Counted from the stretch's first letter, positions 38,672 through 49,017 are shown. The stretch: DNA of 64,000 bases from Deltaproteobacteria bacterium RIFCSPLOWO2_12_FULL_60_19 (GCA_001798595.1 MGSS01000144.1:14032-78031), one strand, 5' to 3'. Notes: generated from the sequence alone by a model not told the origin. A program made the numbers and translations.

Positions 38672-38906
38672 CGACGGAGCGCGTACCTCTATCCTTAAAT
38701 CCAGATCGAACCTGCGCGAGGTGACACTCAACCGTCAGGTTTCCGGCGTCGCAGCGGACATTTTTGACTCCATTCTGGGTAAAATCATCCCAAATTACGG
38801 CAGTGGATGTCCAAACCGGGTACTCGTTTCCGCCTATTTACCAAGGCCCTTCTCGGTATTTCGCCTAGTTAGGAGTTTGGCATCGGGTTTGCTTCAAACC
38901 ACACTC

Positions 38907-39107
38907 ATGGACCAACTGCAAACTTTGAGGAAATCTCCGGCGCTCGACGGGTTTGAAACTCCGACCCTGGATGAGATCGTCTGCCTTTGGCAGGCGTTCC
39001 GTTCCAATGGCTTGGAGGCTGAGGAAGCTTGGAATGCAATCGTCGCGGGGTTGGCCCTGGAAGTGGCTTTTCCGCGGCGGCCCGGTGTAACCCGGATCGA
39101 GCACTAA
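38907..39107 (+). CDS. Hypothetical small protein
   Basis: 66-aa ORF MDQLQTLRKS...; no recognisable motif. Confidence 0.35.
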   Translation: MDQLQTLRKSPALDGFETPTLDEIVCLWQAFRSNGLEAEEAWNAIVAGLALEVAFPRRPGVTRIEH

Positions 39108-39135
39108 GCAGGCGGCAAGCGAAACCAAGAACGTC

Positions 39136-40137
39136 TTACGGTTTGTAGACCTTGTCGATAAAGCCGCTCTTCTCCAACTCCCGCACAATACTGTCGTCCA
39201 CGATGTCATCCAGTTTCAGGCTGGCGCCCGGCTTGCGCGCCAAAGCTTCCTGAATCTGCGCTTCCATTCCGGGCCGCGTCACCAGCGGCACTCGATCATA
39301 GAGCTTGGCCATCGCGTTGTAGGAGCTCTCCAGGTAGCCTTCGTTGGTTATCCGGCTGTTTTTTGCAATGCTCTTTTTGCTCTCTTCTTTGTGGGTCTTA
39401 AAGAAGTGGGCAGCTTCGATCAGCGCCATCACGCCCTTGCGCACCGTCTCCCGATTCTTGGCGAGATAGCCTTTCGTTGTATTCACACAGATATACGGGA
39501 AGTCAAAACGTTTCTTAAAGTCCGCCGTGCTGGTAAGAATCCTGTGCGGCATGCCCTTCGCCAATTGGATCATCCCCGGCGGAGATGGAAAGCCGACGAT
39601 TCTACCGGTGCGGAAAGCGGCGGCTCTCTCCGGAGCGCCGCCGACCTGGAGAATCGGAACGTCCTTGATCGGTTCCAGGCCGAGGCCCCTGATGAGCGCG
39701 TGAGCCGCCGTGTCCGAGGCGCTTCCGACGCGGCTGATCCCGATGCTTTTTCCTTTTAGATCTTCAGCCGATTTGACGGACTCTTGGACTACAAGCTCAT
39801 AAGGAAGGGTATTGATATAGCAGGCGACCGTAACCAGGCTGACTCCTCCCACGGCGGCGCTTGCCACACCTCCGCCTGAGGCATTGGCTATCTCGATATC
39901 GCCGGCAAGAAGGCTGGCCACACTGATCGTCGTAGTCTGGATAAAGACAAGGTTCACGTCGAGGCCGTGCTTTTTGTAGAAACCATAGTCCTGCGCTACA
40001 TAGTAGATCGCGTTGGTGGTGTCGAGGGAACTATAGGAGATTTTGATCTTGTCTTGGCCATGCGCGGGGTTCAATCCAAAAAGCGCCAAAACAAAAATCT
40101 GGCTTGCGATCAGTAAAGTCCTGCACCAGCTTTTCAT
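39136..40137 (-). CDS. ABC substrate-binding protein, NMT1/SsuA family, orphan
   Basis: Signal peptide, YVAQDYGFYKKHGLDV, DLKGKSIGISRVGS. Confidence 0.88.
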   Translation of the reverse strand: MKSWCRTLLIASQIFVLALFGLNPAHGQDKIKISYSSLDTTNAIYYVAQDYGFYKKHGLDVNLVFIQTTTISVASLLAGDIEIANASGGGVASAAVGGVSLVTVACYINTLPYELVVQESVKSAEDLKGKSIGISRVGSASDTAAHALIRGLGLEPIKDVPILQVGGAPERAAAFRTGRIVGFPSPPGMIQLAKGMPHRILTSTADFKKRFDFPYICVNTTKGYLAKNRETVRKGVMALIEAAHFFKTHKEESKKSIAKNSRITNEGYLESSYNAMAKLYDRVPLVTRPGMEAQIQEALARKPGASLKLDDIVDDSIVRELEKSGFIDKVYKP

Positions 40138-40177
40138 CGTTTCACCTCTTCGTTTTTTCGGCCCGGGATCGGGCATG

Positions 40178-40666
40178 TTAGGTCTGCTCGGCCTGCGGGT
40201 CGGCCCGGGCGACAAGATCGAGCAAGGTGTCGGTGTGAGGATGCTGCGAGGCCGCGACCTCTCTCAGCAGTTCGGCGAACTCCGGCTTCTCCTCGCTCAG
40301 CAGCATCGCCTGGTCAAAAAGGCTGCTCTCCAAGGCTTTCTGATCCTGCAAATCATGCACGACCCGCTCCCAGTGATTTCGCGCCGATCTTCCCTCGCGC
40401 GCGGGCTCGTCAACAGCTGTTTCCAACCTGGCGATGCTCTCCCGCAGGCGGCCGGCGCTGGCGCGCTTTTCCGCCGCCATCTGACGCAGGCGCGCGGCGA
40501 CCTGAGGATAGGGCGCCTTCTCGGCGTGGTCGTCCAACTGCTTTGCCAGGACGCATAAGCGATGATAACTGTTCTTCAGCAGGTCGATCGGGTCCGATCG
40601 CTGAGTTTCACCGTTTTGCCGGCTGCACCCGGAGAGCGGACAAATCCGTTTCAAAAATTCGAACAT
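40178..40666 (-). CDS. Ferritin-like four-helix protein
   Basis: HAEKAPYPQVAARLRQMAAE...LRE...; all-helical pattern ending VARADPQA. Confidence 0.55.
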   Translation of the reverse strand: MFEFLKRICPLSGCSRQNGETQRSDPIDLLKNSYHRLCVLAKQLDDHAEKAPYPQVAARLRQMAAEKRASAGRLRESIARLETAVDEPAREGRSARNHWERVVHDLQDQKALESSLFDQAMLLSEEKPEFAELLREVAASQHPHTDTLLDLVARADPQAEQT

Positions 40667-40789
40667 CCGATCTACCTCTGCGGTGGAAGATAGAGTGGCG
40701 TAAGGAGCTTGTCAAGCCTATGGCTTAGCGCGCGCGCGTTTGACTGTCAGTGGAAAATCTGGTGAAATAACCGGCGGTGAGGTGAATGT

Positions 40790-40993
40790 ATGGCCCGTAT
40801 CACCGTGGAAGATTGTCTCGCAAAAATTCCCAACCGTTTTGAGCTGGTCGGGATCGCCTCCAGGAGGGCGAGGCAGCTGTTCAAAGGCGCCAAGCCGCTG
40901 ATCGAGTGCGATAACCGGGAGGTGGTCGTGGCGCTTCGAGAGATCGCCGAAGGACAAGTGCGAAAAGTCTCCAAGGAACTTAAGCCCGTATAG
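40790..40993 (+). CDS. rpoZ: RNA polymerase omega subunit
   Basis: [10 protein letters not shown]...[14 protein letters not shown]...[10 protein letters not shown]. Confidence 0.97.
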   Translation: MARITVEDCLAKIPNRFELVGIASRRARQLFKGAKPLIECDNREVVVALREIAEGQVRKVSKELKPV

Positions 40994-41170
40994 TCTCCGC
41001 TTCTCTATTTTTCCCGCACAATTCCGAACCGTTATCTTTTTCTCGGCATCTGTCAGCCTGAGGCTCTCATTGCTTGAAACGGGCGGTGAAACCGGGTAAA
41101 TTTCCCTATATCGAGGTCGGTTCCTCCTTCTGTGGCGCAGCCCGTCTAAGGCGGCTGCAGAGAGCATCCC

Positions 41171-42124
41171 ATGTCCAAAGCCAAGCGCGATCCTGAAGAA
41201 GAGACCCCCCGGGACGATCCCTATCGAGAGATCGACCTTGCCGAGGCGGAGGATTCTTCCGCCAAGGCTCTCGTCCCATTTGACGCGCTCCAAAGATATC
41301 TCGCCGAAATTCGCCGTTATCCTCTCTTGAGCCGCGAGGAGGAGCACCGCATCGCGGTGGAATACAAAGAGTTCGGCAACCTGGAGGCCGCCTACAAGCT
41401 GGTGACGGCGAACTTAAGGCTCGTGGTGATGATCGCCAGGGAGTACCAGCGGGCATTTCGCAGCCTCCTCGATCTGGTTCAGGAGGGCAACATCGGCCTC
41501 ATGGAGGCGGTGAAAAACTTCGACCCGTACCGCGGCATCCGCTTCCCCTCCTACGCGGTCTGGTGGATTCGGGCCTATGTTCTCCGCTACCTCATCAACA
41601 ACTGGCGCATGGTCAAGATCGGGACCACTCAGGCGCAGCGCAAGCTCTTTTTCAATCTCCAAAAGGAGAAGGAGAGACTGGAGGCCGAAGGCTTCGCTCC
41701 GGGCCCGAAGCTGCTGGCGCAGCGGTTGAACGTCAAGGAGGGGGAAGTGGTCGAGATGGAGCAACGGCTGGCGAGCCGCGACCTCTCGACCGATGCGCCG
41801 GTCGGCGACGATGAGGGGGCGACGTTGCTGAGTTTTATGGCGGATCAGAAAGAGACGCCGGAGGAGCACTTCGCCGGCGCCGAGTACCGGCGGCTGTTGA
41901 GCGACAAGATCGAAGAGTTTTCCAAGGGATTGAAGGACAAAGAGCTGGTGATTTTCCGCGAGCGGCTGCTCAACGAAGAGCCGCTCACGCTCAGAGAGAT
42001 CGGCGCGCGCTACGGCATCAGCCGGGAGCGCGTGCGCCAGATCGAAGAGCGGGTCAAGAAAAAACTCAAAGACTATCTCGGCCGGGAATTCAAAGAGGCC
42101 AAAGACACGGCGGCCGGCGCTTGA
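41171..42124 (+). CDS. rpoH: RNA polymerase sigma-32 (RpoH) family factor
   Basis: DLVQEGNIGLM, YAVWWIRA, RpoH box AQRKLFFNL, ISRERVRQIE. Confidence 0.88.
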   Translation: MSKAKRDPEEETPRDDPYREIDLAEAEDSSAKALVPFDALQRYLAEIRRYPLLSREEEHRIAVEYKEFGNLEAAYKLVTANLRLVVMIAREYQRAFRSLLDLVQEGNIGLMEAVKNFDPYRGIRFPSYAVWWIRAYVLRYLINNWRMVKIGTTQAQRKLFFNLQKEKERLEAEGFAPGPKLLAQRLNVKEGEVVEMEQRLASRDLSTDAPVGDDEGATLLSFMADQKETPEEHFAGAEYRRLLSDKIEEFSKGLKDKELVIFRERLLNEEPLTLREIGARYGISRERVRQIEERVKKKLKDYLGREFKEAKDTAAGA

Positions 42125-42266
42125 GCGCCGGCCTCGCAGCTCAGTCCACTCGTCGAGCCGCTCGAGGCCACGTCCCATCGTTCTCTTCCCCTCATGGAAG
42201 CAATGATCGCTTGCCAGTTGGAGACGCATTTGATAGCAAGGAAACAGTTGGGGAGGGCAATGCGCC

Positions 42267-42719
42267 TTGCGATTTGAAAAAGAGATAGAGATCGTCAATT
42301 CGAAAGAGAACGTCTGGCGGTTTTTGTGGGATGTGGACCGCTTCATCGCCTGCGTGCCGGGCTGTAAAGAGGCGAGCACGGTGGAGCCTGGAAAACAGTA
42401 CGCCGCGACGATGGTGGAGAAGGTCGGCCCCTTCCGCGTGTCGTTTCCGCTGCGGATCGACGTCGTGGAAAGCCGCGACCTGGCTTATATCAAGGCGGTG
42501 GCCGCCGGCAGCGACAATGCGGTCGGGAGCCGGATGAAAGTGGAGCTGGAGGTCGGTCTCAAAGGAGACGGCGACCGCACCGTCCTCTCGATCGCCGCCT
42601 CGGTCGATGTCCTCGGCAAGCTCGCCACCCTGGGCCACAGCATCATCAAGCGCAAAGCCGATCAGGTCATGGAGGAGTTTGCGCAAACATTAAAGCACAA
42701 ACTGGAAGGAGCCGCGTAA
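42267..42719 (+). CDS. coxG: CoxG/SRPBCC protein
   Basis: VWRFLWD...CVPGC, KVGPF, GKLATLG. Confidence 0.85.
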   Translation: MRFEKEIEIVNSKENVWRFLWDVDRFIACVPGCKEASTVEPGKQYAATMVEKVGPFRVSFPLRIDVVESRDLAYIKAVAAGSDNAVGSRMKVELEVGLKGDGDRTVLSIAASVDVLGKLATLGHSIIKRKADQVMEEFAQTLKHKLEGAA

Positions 42720-42721
42720 CC

Positions 42722-43588
42722 ATGCTGAGACGATTCCGTTTAGAAGAGCCGGACACGATTCAAGCGGCGTCCGATTTGCTGGTTCGCTTCGGCGATGCGG
42801 CTCGCCTCTATGCCGGCGGCACGGAGCTGCTGCTGGTGATGAAGGAAGGACTGGTCCGCTACGAGCGGCTGATCAACATCAAGCAGATTCCGAATCTGAA
42901 CCAGGTGAAGTTGGACAACGGCGCGATCTCCATCGGAGCGCTGGCAACCCACCGGGAACTGACCGTCTCGCCGGTGCTCCGTGAAAGTCTCCCGGCGTTG
43001 GTCCAAATGGAAAACAACGTCGCCAACATTCGCGTGCGCGAGGTCGGGACGATCGGCGGCAATTTGTGCTTCGCTGAGCCGCACGCCGATCCGGGAACGC
43101 TGCTTCTGGTTTTAGGGGCGAAGCTGATCGCGGCGAAAAAGACGGGGCAACGCGAAATCGCCGTCGAAAACTTTTTTCGCGACGCCTATGAGACCAGTCT
43201 CGAATCGGACGAGCTGCTTACGGAAATCCGAATTCCGCGGCCATCCGCCGCGGGTGGATTGGCTTACCTGAAATTCGGCTATCTGGAGCGGCCGAGCGTC
43301 GGTGTCGCGGTGCGCGTCGAGTTTAACGGCGGCGAAAAAAAATGGATCGCCGAAGCGCGTATCGCCGTAGGCTGCGCCGGGCCTGCTCCGCGAAGGGTCG
43401 AAGAGGCCGAGGCGCCGCTCAAAGGGAAGTCGATCCAGGAAGCGACGCATTTGATCGACGAGGCCGGCGGGATCGCGGGACGCGCCAGCCAGGCGATCAG
43501 CGATCTCCACGGGTCGCAAGAGTACAAGGAACATATCGTCCAGGTGCTCGTAAAGCGCGCGTTTCAGCAAGCTGTCCAGAAAAGCTGA
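42722..43588 (+). CDS. Molybdenum hydroxylase FAD-binding medium subunit (CoxM/CutM-like)
   Basis: AGGTELL, VGTIGGNL..AEP.AD, SDLHGSQEYK. Confidence 0.9.
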   Translation: MLRRFRLEEPDTIQAASDLLVRFGDAARLYAGGTELLLVMKEGLVRYERLINIKQIPNLNQVKLDNGAISIGALATHRELTVSPVLRESLPALVQMENNVANIRVREVGTIGGNLCFAEPHADPGTLLLVLGAKLIAAKKTGQREIAVENFFRDAYETSLESDELLTEIRIPRPSAAGGLAYLKFGYLERPSVGVAVRVEFNGGEKKWIAEARIAVGCAGPAPRRVEEAEAPLKGKSIQEATHLIDEAGGIAGRASQAISDLHGSQEYKEHIVQVLVKRAFQQAVQKS

Positions 43589-43615
43589 CAGAGGGCGGGA
43601 GCGGAGAGGCAAACG

Positions 43616-44140
43616 ATGGCAACTGCAAGTTCAAAAGCGGCGGAGCGGCAAACTATCGCTCTTTCGTTCACAGTCAACGGAAGAGCTTACGATCTCGATG
43701 TGGAGCCGCACGAGCTGCTGCTCGACGTCATCCGCGACCGTCTCGCGCTGACGGGCGCGAAAAGGTCGTGCGACGTCCAGGTATGCGGGGCCTGCACGCT
43801 CTTGCTGGACGGCAGGCCGGTCAGCGCATGCACGCTGCCCGCCTTCGAAGCCAGGGGGAAGAAAATTCTAACGATCGAAGGCTTGGCGGAGAATGGCACG
43901 CTGCACCCGTTGCAGCAGGCCTTCATCGAGCACGGCGGCTTTCAGTGCGGCTTTTGCACGCCGGGCATGATCCTGACGGCCAAACTCCTGCTCGACGAGA
44001 ACCCCGATCCGACGGAAAAAGAGCTCAAGCACTTCATGCACGGCAACATCTGCCGCTGCACCGGATATAAAAAGATCGTGGAGTCGATCCTCGCCGCGGC
44101 CAAGAAAATGCGCTCGGGCGCTCGCTCAGGAAAAAACTAG
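43616..44140 (+). CDS. Molybdenum hydroxylase 2Fe-2S small subunit (CoxS/CutS-like)
   Basis: C....CGACT...[20 protein letters not shown]. Confidence 0.93.
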   Translation: MATASSKAAERQTIALSFTVNGRAYDLDVEPHELLLDVIRDRLALTGAKRSCDVQVCGACTLLLDGRPVSACTLPAFEARGKKILTIEGLAENGTLHPLQQAFIEHGGFQCGFCTPGMILTAKLLLDENPDPTEKELKHFMHGNICRCTGYKKIVESILAAAKKMRSGARSGKN

Positions 44141-44160
44141 CAGGGTGCTGAAAAGCCGTG

Positions 44161-44236
44161 TGTTCACCCTTCGACAAGCTCAGGGCGAACGGGCTAGGAA
44201 AGCGCCGTTCGTGGTGAGCGTTGTCGAACCAGGACG
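44161..44236. repeat. CCCTTCGACAAGCTCAGGGCGAACGG-type intergenic palindrome
   Basis: ttcgacaagctcagggcgaacgg ... ccgttcgtggtgagcgttgtcgaa, between convergent genes. Confidence 0.7.
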
Positions 44237-44265
44237 GCGCTGCCAGGGTTATAGTTAAACCCGCA

Positions 44266-45687
44266 CTAATCGCTGATACCGTAATCTTTCCAGCGCGCCG
44301 CGACGCGATCGAGGTGCTCTTTCGGGGGCAGCGAGATCGCCGGATAGTCGTGTTTCCGGGTGGCGTCGATCGCCACGCGCGAGCCGACGTCGCGTATCGT
44401 GTGGTGCTGCGGGACTGAGGGTGGAGCCTGGGAAGGGTCCAATCCGACGGCCTGCACGTCTCTCTCGATGTACACGTCTTTATCCGGCCTCACTCTCCAG
44501 CTCATCGCCCAATCGACATCGAAATCGTCCCAGACGTCGATATCGTCGTCGACGACGACGGTGATCTTGCCGAAGCCGGTGCGCAACGACCAGATGCCGT
44601 ACATCACCTGCCGCACCTGCCCCTCGAACTGCTTCTTCATCGACACGACGCAATAGGCGCCGCTGCCGCCGGCCTCCTTGAGCCGGACATCTTTGATCGG
44701 GAGGCGGAGGCCGTATTTGAGATGCTTAAACAGGGGCCACTCGCGCCCCACGCCGCGAATGCAGCTCGACTCGGAAGGCGGCCTCTGGCTGATGAAGGCC
44801 TGGTAGATCGGGTTGTTGCGGAAGGTCATGCACTTGATGTTGAAGAAGGGCTGCTTGCCCGCCGGTCCCATGTAGCCCGTGTATTCTCCAAATGGGCCTT
44901 CCATCTCGGTAGCGTTGGGCGGGATCTCTCCCTCGAGCACGATCTCGGCCGTGGCCGGGACTTCAAGCGGAACCGTCTCGCAGGGCACCAGCTCCACCGG
45001 CTCGCCGCGCAGCGCGCCCGCCACCGCATATTCGTCCAACTCCTCGGAGATTTTCGATACGGAAACGTAGCCGATGGTCGGATCGGCGCCGATGACTACG
45101 GCGATCGGAGTAGGCTTGTTCTGCTCGTCGTTTTTCCGCACGTGCCACGCGGCATCCTGGCGCTTGCCGATCAGAAAGCCGGTTTTGTTGGGCCCTTTGA
45201 CCTCCATGCGGTAGGTTCCGATATTGCGCACTCCGGTCTCAGGGTCCTTCGTGACTACATAAGGCGACGTGAAGAAGGGCCCGGGATCTTCGCCCACCGT
45301 CCAGATAGGAACCGGAAGCTTTTGGATGTCCACCTGGTTACAGTGCAAAATATTCTCTTTGCAAGGGCCGGTCTTAACCATCACCGGCGCGATGGGTTTC
45401 TCCAGCGCGCGGTCCCACTTGCGGTTGATGCCTTCGACGGAATCGGTCTCCAGGCCGATGGCGTAAACCTCGCGCGATACGCCGAGAGCTCCCGCCACGA
45501 CGGGAATGTTGAAGCCCTTGACGTTTTCGAACATCAAGGCTGGCCGCTTCGCCGGCGGCAGTTGGTAGAACAGCTGGCGACAGACGGCGGCGATCTCCCA
45601 GTCTTTGTCGACCTCTTTCTTGACTCTTTTTAACTTTCCTTTTTCTTCGAGTACGGCCAGATAGGCCCGCAAATCGCGATAAGCCAC
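44266..45687 (-). CDS. UbiD-family decarboxylase
   Basis: YRDLR.YL, RNIGTYR, VPATAEIVLEG, EGPFGEYTGY, VVVDDDID, IDAT. Confidence 0.95.
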   Translation of the reverse strand: MAYRDLRAYLAVLEEKGKLKRVKKEVDKDWEIAAVCRQLFYQLPPAKRPALMFENVKGFNIPVVAGALGVSREVYAIGLETDSVEGINRKWDRALEKPIAPVMVKTGPCKENILHCNQVDIQKLPVPIWTVGEDPGPFFTSPYVVTKDPETGVRNIGTYRMEVKGPNKTGFLIGKRQDAAWHVRKNDEQNKPTPIAVVIGADPTIGYVSVSKISEELDEYAVAGALRGEPVELVPCETVPLEVPATAEIVLEGEIPPNATEMEGPFGEYTGYMGPAGKQPFFNIKCMTFRNNPIYQAFISQRPPSESSCIRGVGREWPLFKHLKYGLRLPIKDVRLKEAGGSGAYCVVSMKKQFEGQVRQVMYGIWSLRTGFGKITVVVDDDIDVWDDFDVDWAMSWRVRPDKDVYIERDVQAVGLDPSQAPPSVPQHHTIRDVGSRVAIDATRKHDYPAISLPPKEHLDRVAARWKDYGISD

Positions 45688-45839
45688 TTTTGCGCCTGCC
45701 TTTCTAATGAGTTAGAGAACGCGGTATGTATAAATGATTTTGATATAAACAGTCAAGCCTTAAATGATTCTGTCGAATTTAGCAAGCCTTGGCGGGGTCT
45801 TAAGGGGGACAATATCGAACGGTTTACACTGAAAACCGC

Positions 45840-46763
45840 TCAGGCGCGGATCTCTGCGCGCATGAACTTAATGTAGGAGATAGCGAAGCAAACCGCGGCC
45901 AAAGCGATGAGCGTCGTGAGCTGAGGCAAGACCAGGAGAAGGCTTTGACTCAGGGCCAGCGGGGTGAGAAGAATTCCCTGGGTCTGTTCCGGAAGGGCCG
46001 CGCCTAGACCGCGCGCCAGGGGGTTAAGCATTACCTGCACGGTTTCTCCATAGAGGGCGCTCGGAGATATCCGGCTGATCATGTTGGCAATATCCACCTG
46101 ACGGACCATGGCTTCAGGCGTCGAGGGATCGGCTATGATGAAGGCAGCCGCGATCTGGGCGATCAGCGGGGTAAAAATCGTCAGGAAGAGCCACAGCGCC
46201 AAAGATCCCAGCGCGGCGGTCACAGTACGCTGGAACAATAAGGAGAAGAGCAGGGCGAGCGCTAGCCAGAAACCGACGTAAAAGATACCGACGATGGTAA
46301 AAACCAACATCCGCCAAAGCTCTTCGGCGTTCGGCGGAAAGCCGACCAGCGTGACTCCAAGCCCCAATACCAAGAGAAGCACCGACGCCCAGAGGACCGC
46401 TACAGTGGCGAGTCCGGCGAGAAATTTTCCATTGATCAGGCTGTCGCGGTAAATCGGCTGGGAAAGGACCCGGCTGAGCGTCCCACGCGCGTATTCACCG
46501 CTGATCGCGTCAAAACCGAGCATGATGCCGACCAGGGGGCCGAGCAGGCCGAGAAACGTCGCGAGCGACAGGAGGCCGCCGCTCTGTGAGGTGAGCAGGA
46601 GGAGAAAGACGAATTCGGGCGGCGCGCTTTCGGCATCCTGACGGATGGATTGGCCCGACGCGTAGATCGCCCAGACGCCGGTGAGCACGATGATCGCCAG
46701 CAGGATCATGAAACGACGGCTGCTGAAGTGGTCCGCAAGCTCTTTCCAAAAAACAACGCTCAT
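45840..46763 (-). CDS. ABC-2 type transporter permease
   Basis: VFWKELADH..SRRF, GFDAISGE..RGTL..VLSQP..RD...NGKF. Confidence 0.9.
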   Translation of the reverse strand: MSVVFWKELADHFSSRRFMILLAIIVLTGVWAIYASGQSIRQDAESAPPEFVFLLLLTSQSGGLLSLATFLGLLGPLVGIMLGFDAISGEYARGTLSRVLSQPIYRDSLINGKFLAGLATVAVLWASVLLLVLGLGVTLVGFPPNAEELWRMLVFTIVGIFYVGFWLALALLFSLLFQRTVTAALGSLALWLFLTIFTPLIAQIAAAFIIADPSTPEAMVRQVDIANMISRISPSALYGETVQVMLNPLARGLGAALPEQTQGILLTPLALSQSLLLVLPQLTTLIALAAVCFAISYIKFMRAEIRA

Positions 46764-46766
46764 GGT

Positions 46767-47699
46767 TTATGCCTCACGAAAATACTTGAGATAGATGTCT
46801 TCGAGCGTGGCATCCTCGGAGCGAAGCTGGAGCAGCGAGAGCCCCTTTTTCGACACCAGCGAAAGCAGCTCCGGCCGGACATCGCGGTTGCAGCGCAGGA
46901 ACCACCCGTGCGTGCGCGGCGCTATTTCGGCCACGCCCTGCACCGCCCGCAGCTCGCTTTCCAGCCCGTTGGGTTGTCCGGCAACCTCCAGCAGGAAGTT
47001 CCACTGGCGCTCTTTGAAGATGGCGCTGCCGAGTTGGTTGACTTCCCCCTGGGCGATCAATTTTCCCTTGACGATGATGCCCACGCGATGGCACATCTGC
47101 TGCACCTGATGAAGCATGTGAGATGAGAGGAGGACGGTGAGGCCGCGCTCGCGGCTGAGTCCGGTAATCAATTCGAGAATACGCGCCGCCCCGTCCGGAT
47201 CGAGCCCCAGCGTCGGCTCATCGAGGATGAGCGCCTGCGGCTCCTTGACCAAAACCTCGGCGATGCCAAGCCGCTGTTTCATCCCGCGCGAGTACTCTCT
47301 CACCGCCCGGTCTCCGTCGTCGCCCAGGCCGATCTGCTCCAACAGCCGGGTAATTCTCGGGCGGGCCTCGGCGGCGGGAATACGATTGAGCCGCGCGATG
47401 TAAAATAGGTTTTCCCGGCCGCTTAAATCGTCGTAGAAGCCGGGGTTCTCCGGCAGGTAGCCGACGCGCTTCTTTACCTCCAGGGGCCGGTGCGTCGGAT
47501 CGAATCCGCACACCTTCGCTTGTCCGGAGGCTGGCTCGGTCAGGCCCAACAGCATCAGAATGGTCGTCGTCTTGCCCGCGCCGTTAGGTCCGAGAAAGCC
47601 GAAGATCTCTCCCTCTTCAACGCTCAAGTTGAGATCGTTGACGGCGACCAGGTCGCGATAGCGCTTGGTCAGGCTGAGGGTTTCGACGACAGCGCTCAT
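46767..47699 (-). CDS. ABC transporter ATP-binding protein
   Basis: GPNGAGKTT, YSRGMKQRL, LDEPT, SSH; ATG 47699 overlaps the upstream stop. Confidence 0.94.
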   Translation of the reverse strand: MSAVVETLSLTKRYRDLVAVNDLNLSVEEGEIFGFLGPNGAGKTTTILMLLGLTEPASGQAKVCGFDPTHRPLEVKKRVGYLPENPGFYDDLSGRENLFYIARLNRIPAAEARPRITRLLEQIGLGDDGDRAVREYSRGMKQRLGIAEVLVKEPQALILDEPTLGLDPDGAARILELITGLSRERGLTVLLSSHMLHQVQQMCHRVGIIVKGKLIAQGEVNQLGSAIFKERQWNFLLEVAGQPNGLESELRAVQGVAEIAPRTHGWFLRCNRDVRPELLSLVSKKGLSLLQLRSEDATLEDIYLKYFREA

Positions 47700-48943
47700 C
47701 GGCGGCCCAGGCGCCAGAAGACAATGATCAGGCCCAAGACCACCGCCGCCACGATTCCGGCCCCGATCCAACCCCACAGCGTGGCGGTGGTAACCGTCAC
47801 TCTAAAATCGAGAGGCTTGCTGCCGCTGTCGGCGCTGTTGGATATGACCGTGATGAGATAGTCCCCCGCGATGGCGCGTGCCGGCGCCGTGATCTCCATA
47901 GAGATTTCGCGCAGCTCCCCAGGATTGAGGCTGTCGACCTTGTCCGGCTTGAAGTCGATCGTCCATTTATCCGGCTTCTTGGTGGAGAAGGCGAGGTTCC
48001 GGATCGGCGCGGTGCCGGCGTTTTGGAGGTGAAACGGAATGGGGCTTTTCTGCCCGGCGGCGACGGAGGCGCTGAGGGTCCCGGCCAGCGTTCCCATTCG
48101 GAGATCGGTGACTCCCCTGAGAGTGACCTTGAGGCTCGTCGAGGCCTCGTACGCTCCGGCCCTGGCTCTCACGGTCACCGGATGCTCGCCCGCGTCGGCG
48201 CGCGACGGAGAGTCGATCTCAACGCTCAAGGTTTCGGTGGCGCTCTCCTTGAGCTGGAGGGAAGAGATCTGCGTGTCGCCGTATTGCGGCTTGAAACGTA
48301 TCGCCCATCCCGTGGGTGCCTGGCTGGTGAGCGAAGCGGTGAGCGGCTTGTTGGTCTCGTTCTTGAGATCGACGGTGAACTTGAGCGTCTGTCCCGACGG
48401 AGTCGTCAGTACGGGATATTGACTTGTGAGCTTCAAGCCGCCGGTTTCGACTTTTTTGGTGGTGATGCGGAAGAGGATCTTGTCGCTGTAAGCTGTTTTG
48501 CCGCTATCGTCTTTCGTGGAGACCTTCACCTCATAGTCGCCCGCCTTGGTCTTGTCCGAGATTTTCGCCTTGAACTCGACCGTGGTCGATTTCTCGCCCT
48601 GCACCATGACGGAGCGGATCGGGTAGCTCGGGTAGCGCGAATTAAACCCCACCTCCCATCCTTCGGGAACGCCTTCAATGGTCAAGCTGACCTGGACCGG
48701 GTTTTTGGTCCGATTGACGACCTCGGTGTCCATGGTGACTTCCTGCCCCTGGCCGACGGTCACGTCCTTAAAGGGCAGAATCAGGTTGAACGATTCCTTG
48801 GGTTCGACGACGACATCCTGTTTTTTTTCGGCTTCTTTCTCGGCGGCGGAGATCGGCGTGGTATAGGCGGTCGCCAACGCGAGTAGAAAGACGACGGAAT
48901 AGAACGTGGGTCTGCAGACGCGCTTGAGCTTTTCCAACCTCAT
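47696..48943 (-). CDS. NEW3 (NPCBM-associated) Ig-like repeat protein with C-terminal membrane anchor
   Basis: Signal peptide, three P.GW/W Ig-like repeats, AIAGDY, WGWIG...F..LGRR. Confidence 0.8.
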   Translation of the reverse strand: MRLEKLKRVCRPTFYSVVFLLALATAYTTPISAAEKEAEKKQDVVVEPKESFNLILPFKDVTVGQGQEVTMDTEVVNRTKNPVQVSLTIEGVPEGWEVGFNSRYPSYPIRSVMVQGEKSTTVEFKAKISDKTKAGDYEVKVSTKDDSGKTAYSDKILFRITTKKVETGGLKLTSQYPVLTTPSGQTLKFTVDLKNETNKPLTASLTSQAPTGWAIRFKPQYGDTQISSLQLKESATETLSVEIDSPSRADAGEHPVTVRARAGAYEASTSLKVTLRGVTDLRMGTLAGTLSASVAAGQKSPIPFHLQNAGTAPIRNLAFSTKKPDKWTIDFKPDKVDSLNPGELREISMEITAPARAIAGDYLITVISNSADSGSKPLDFRVTVTTATLWGWIGAGIVAAVVLGLIIVFWRLGRR

Positions 48944-49017
48944 ATAGATCCGGTCCCCTCTCTGCGGAAGTTTGTGGGTGTCTAGTTAATCATAATCGCG
49001 TGGCGCGTCAAGTCCCC

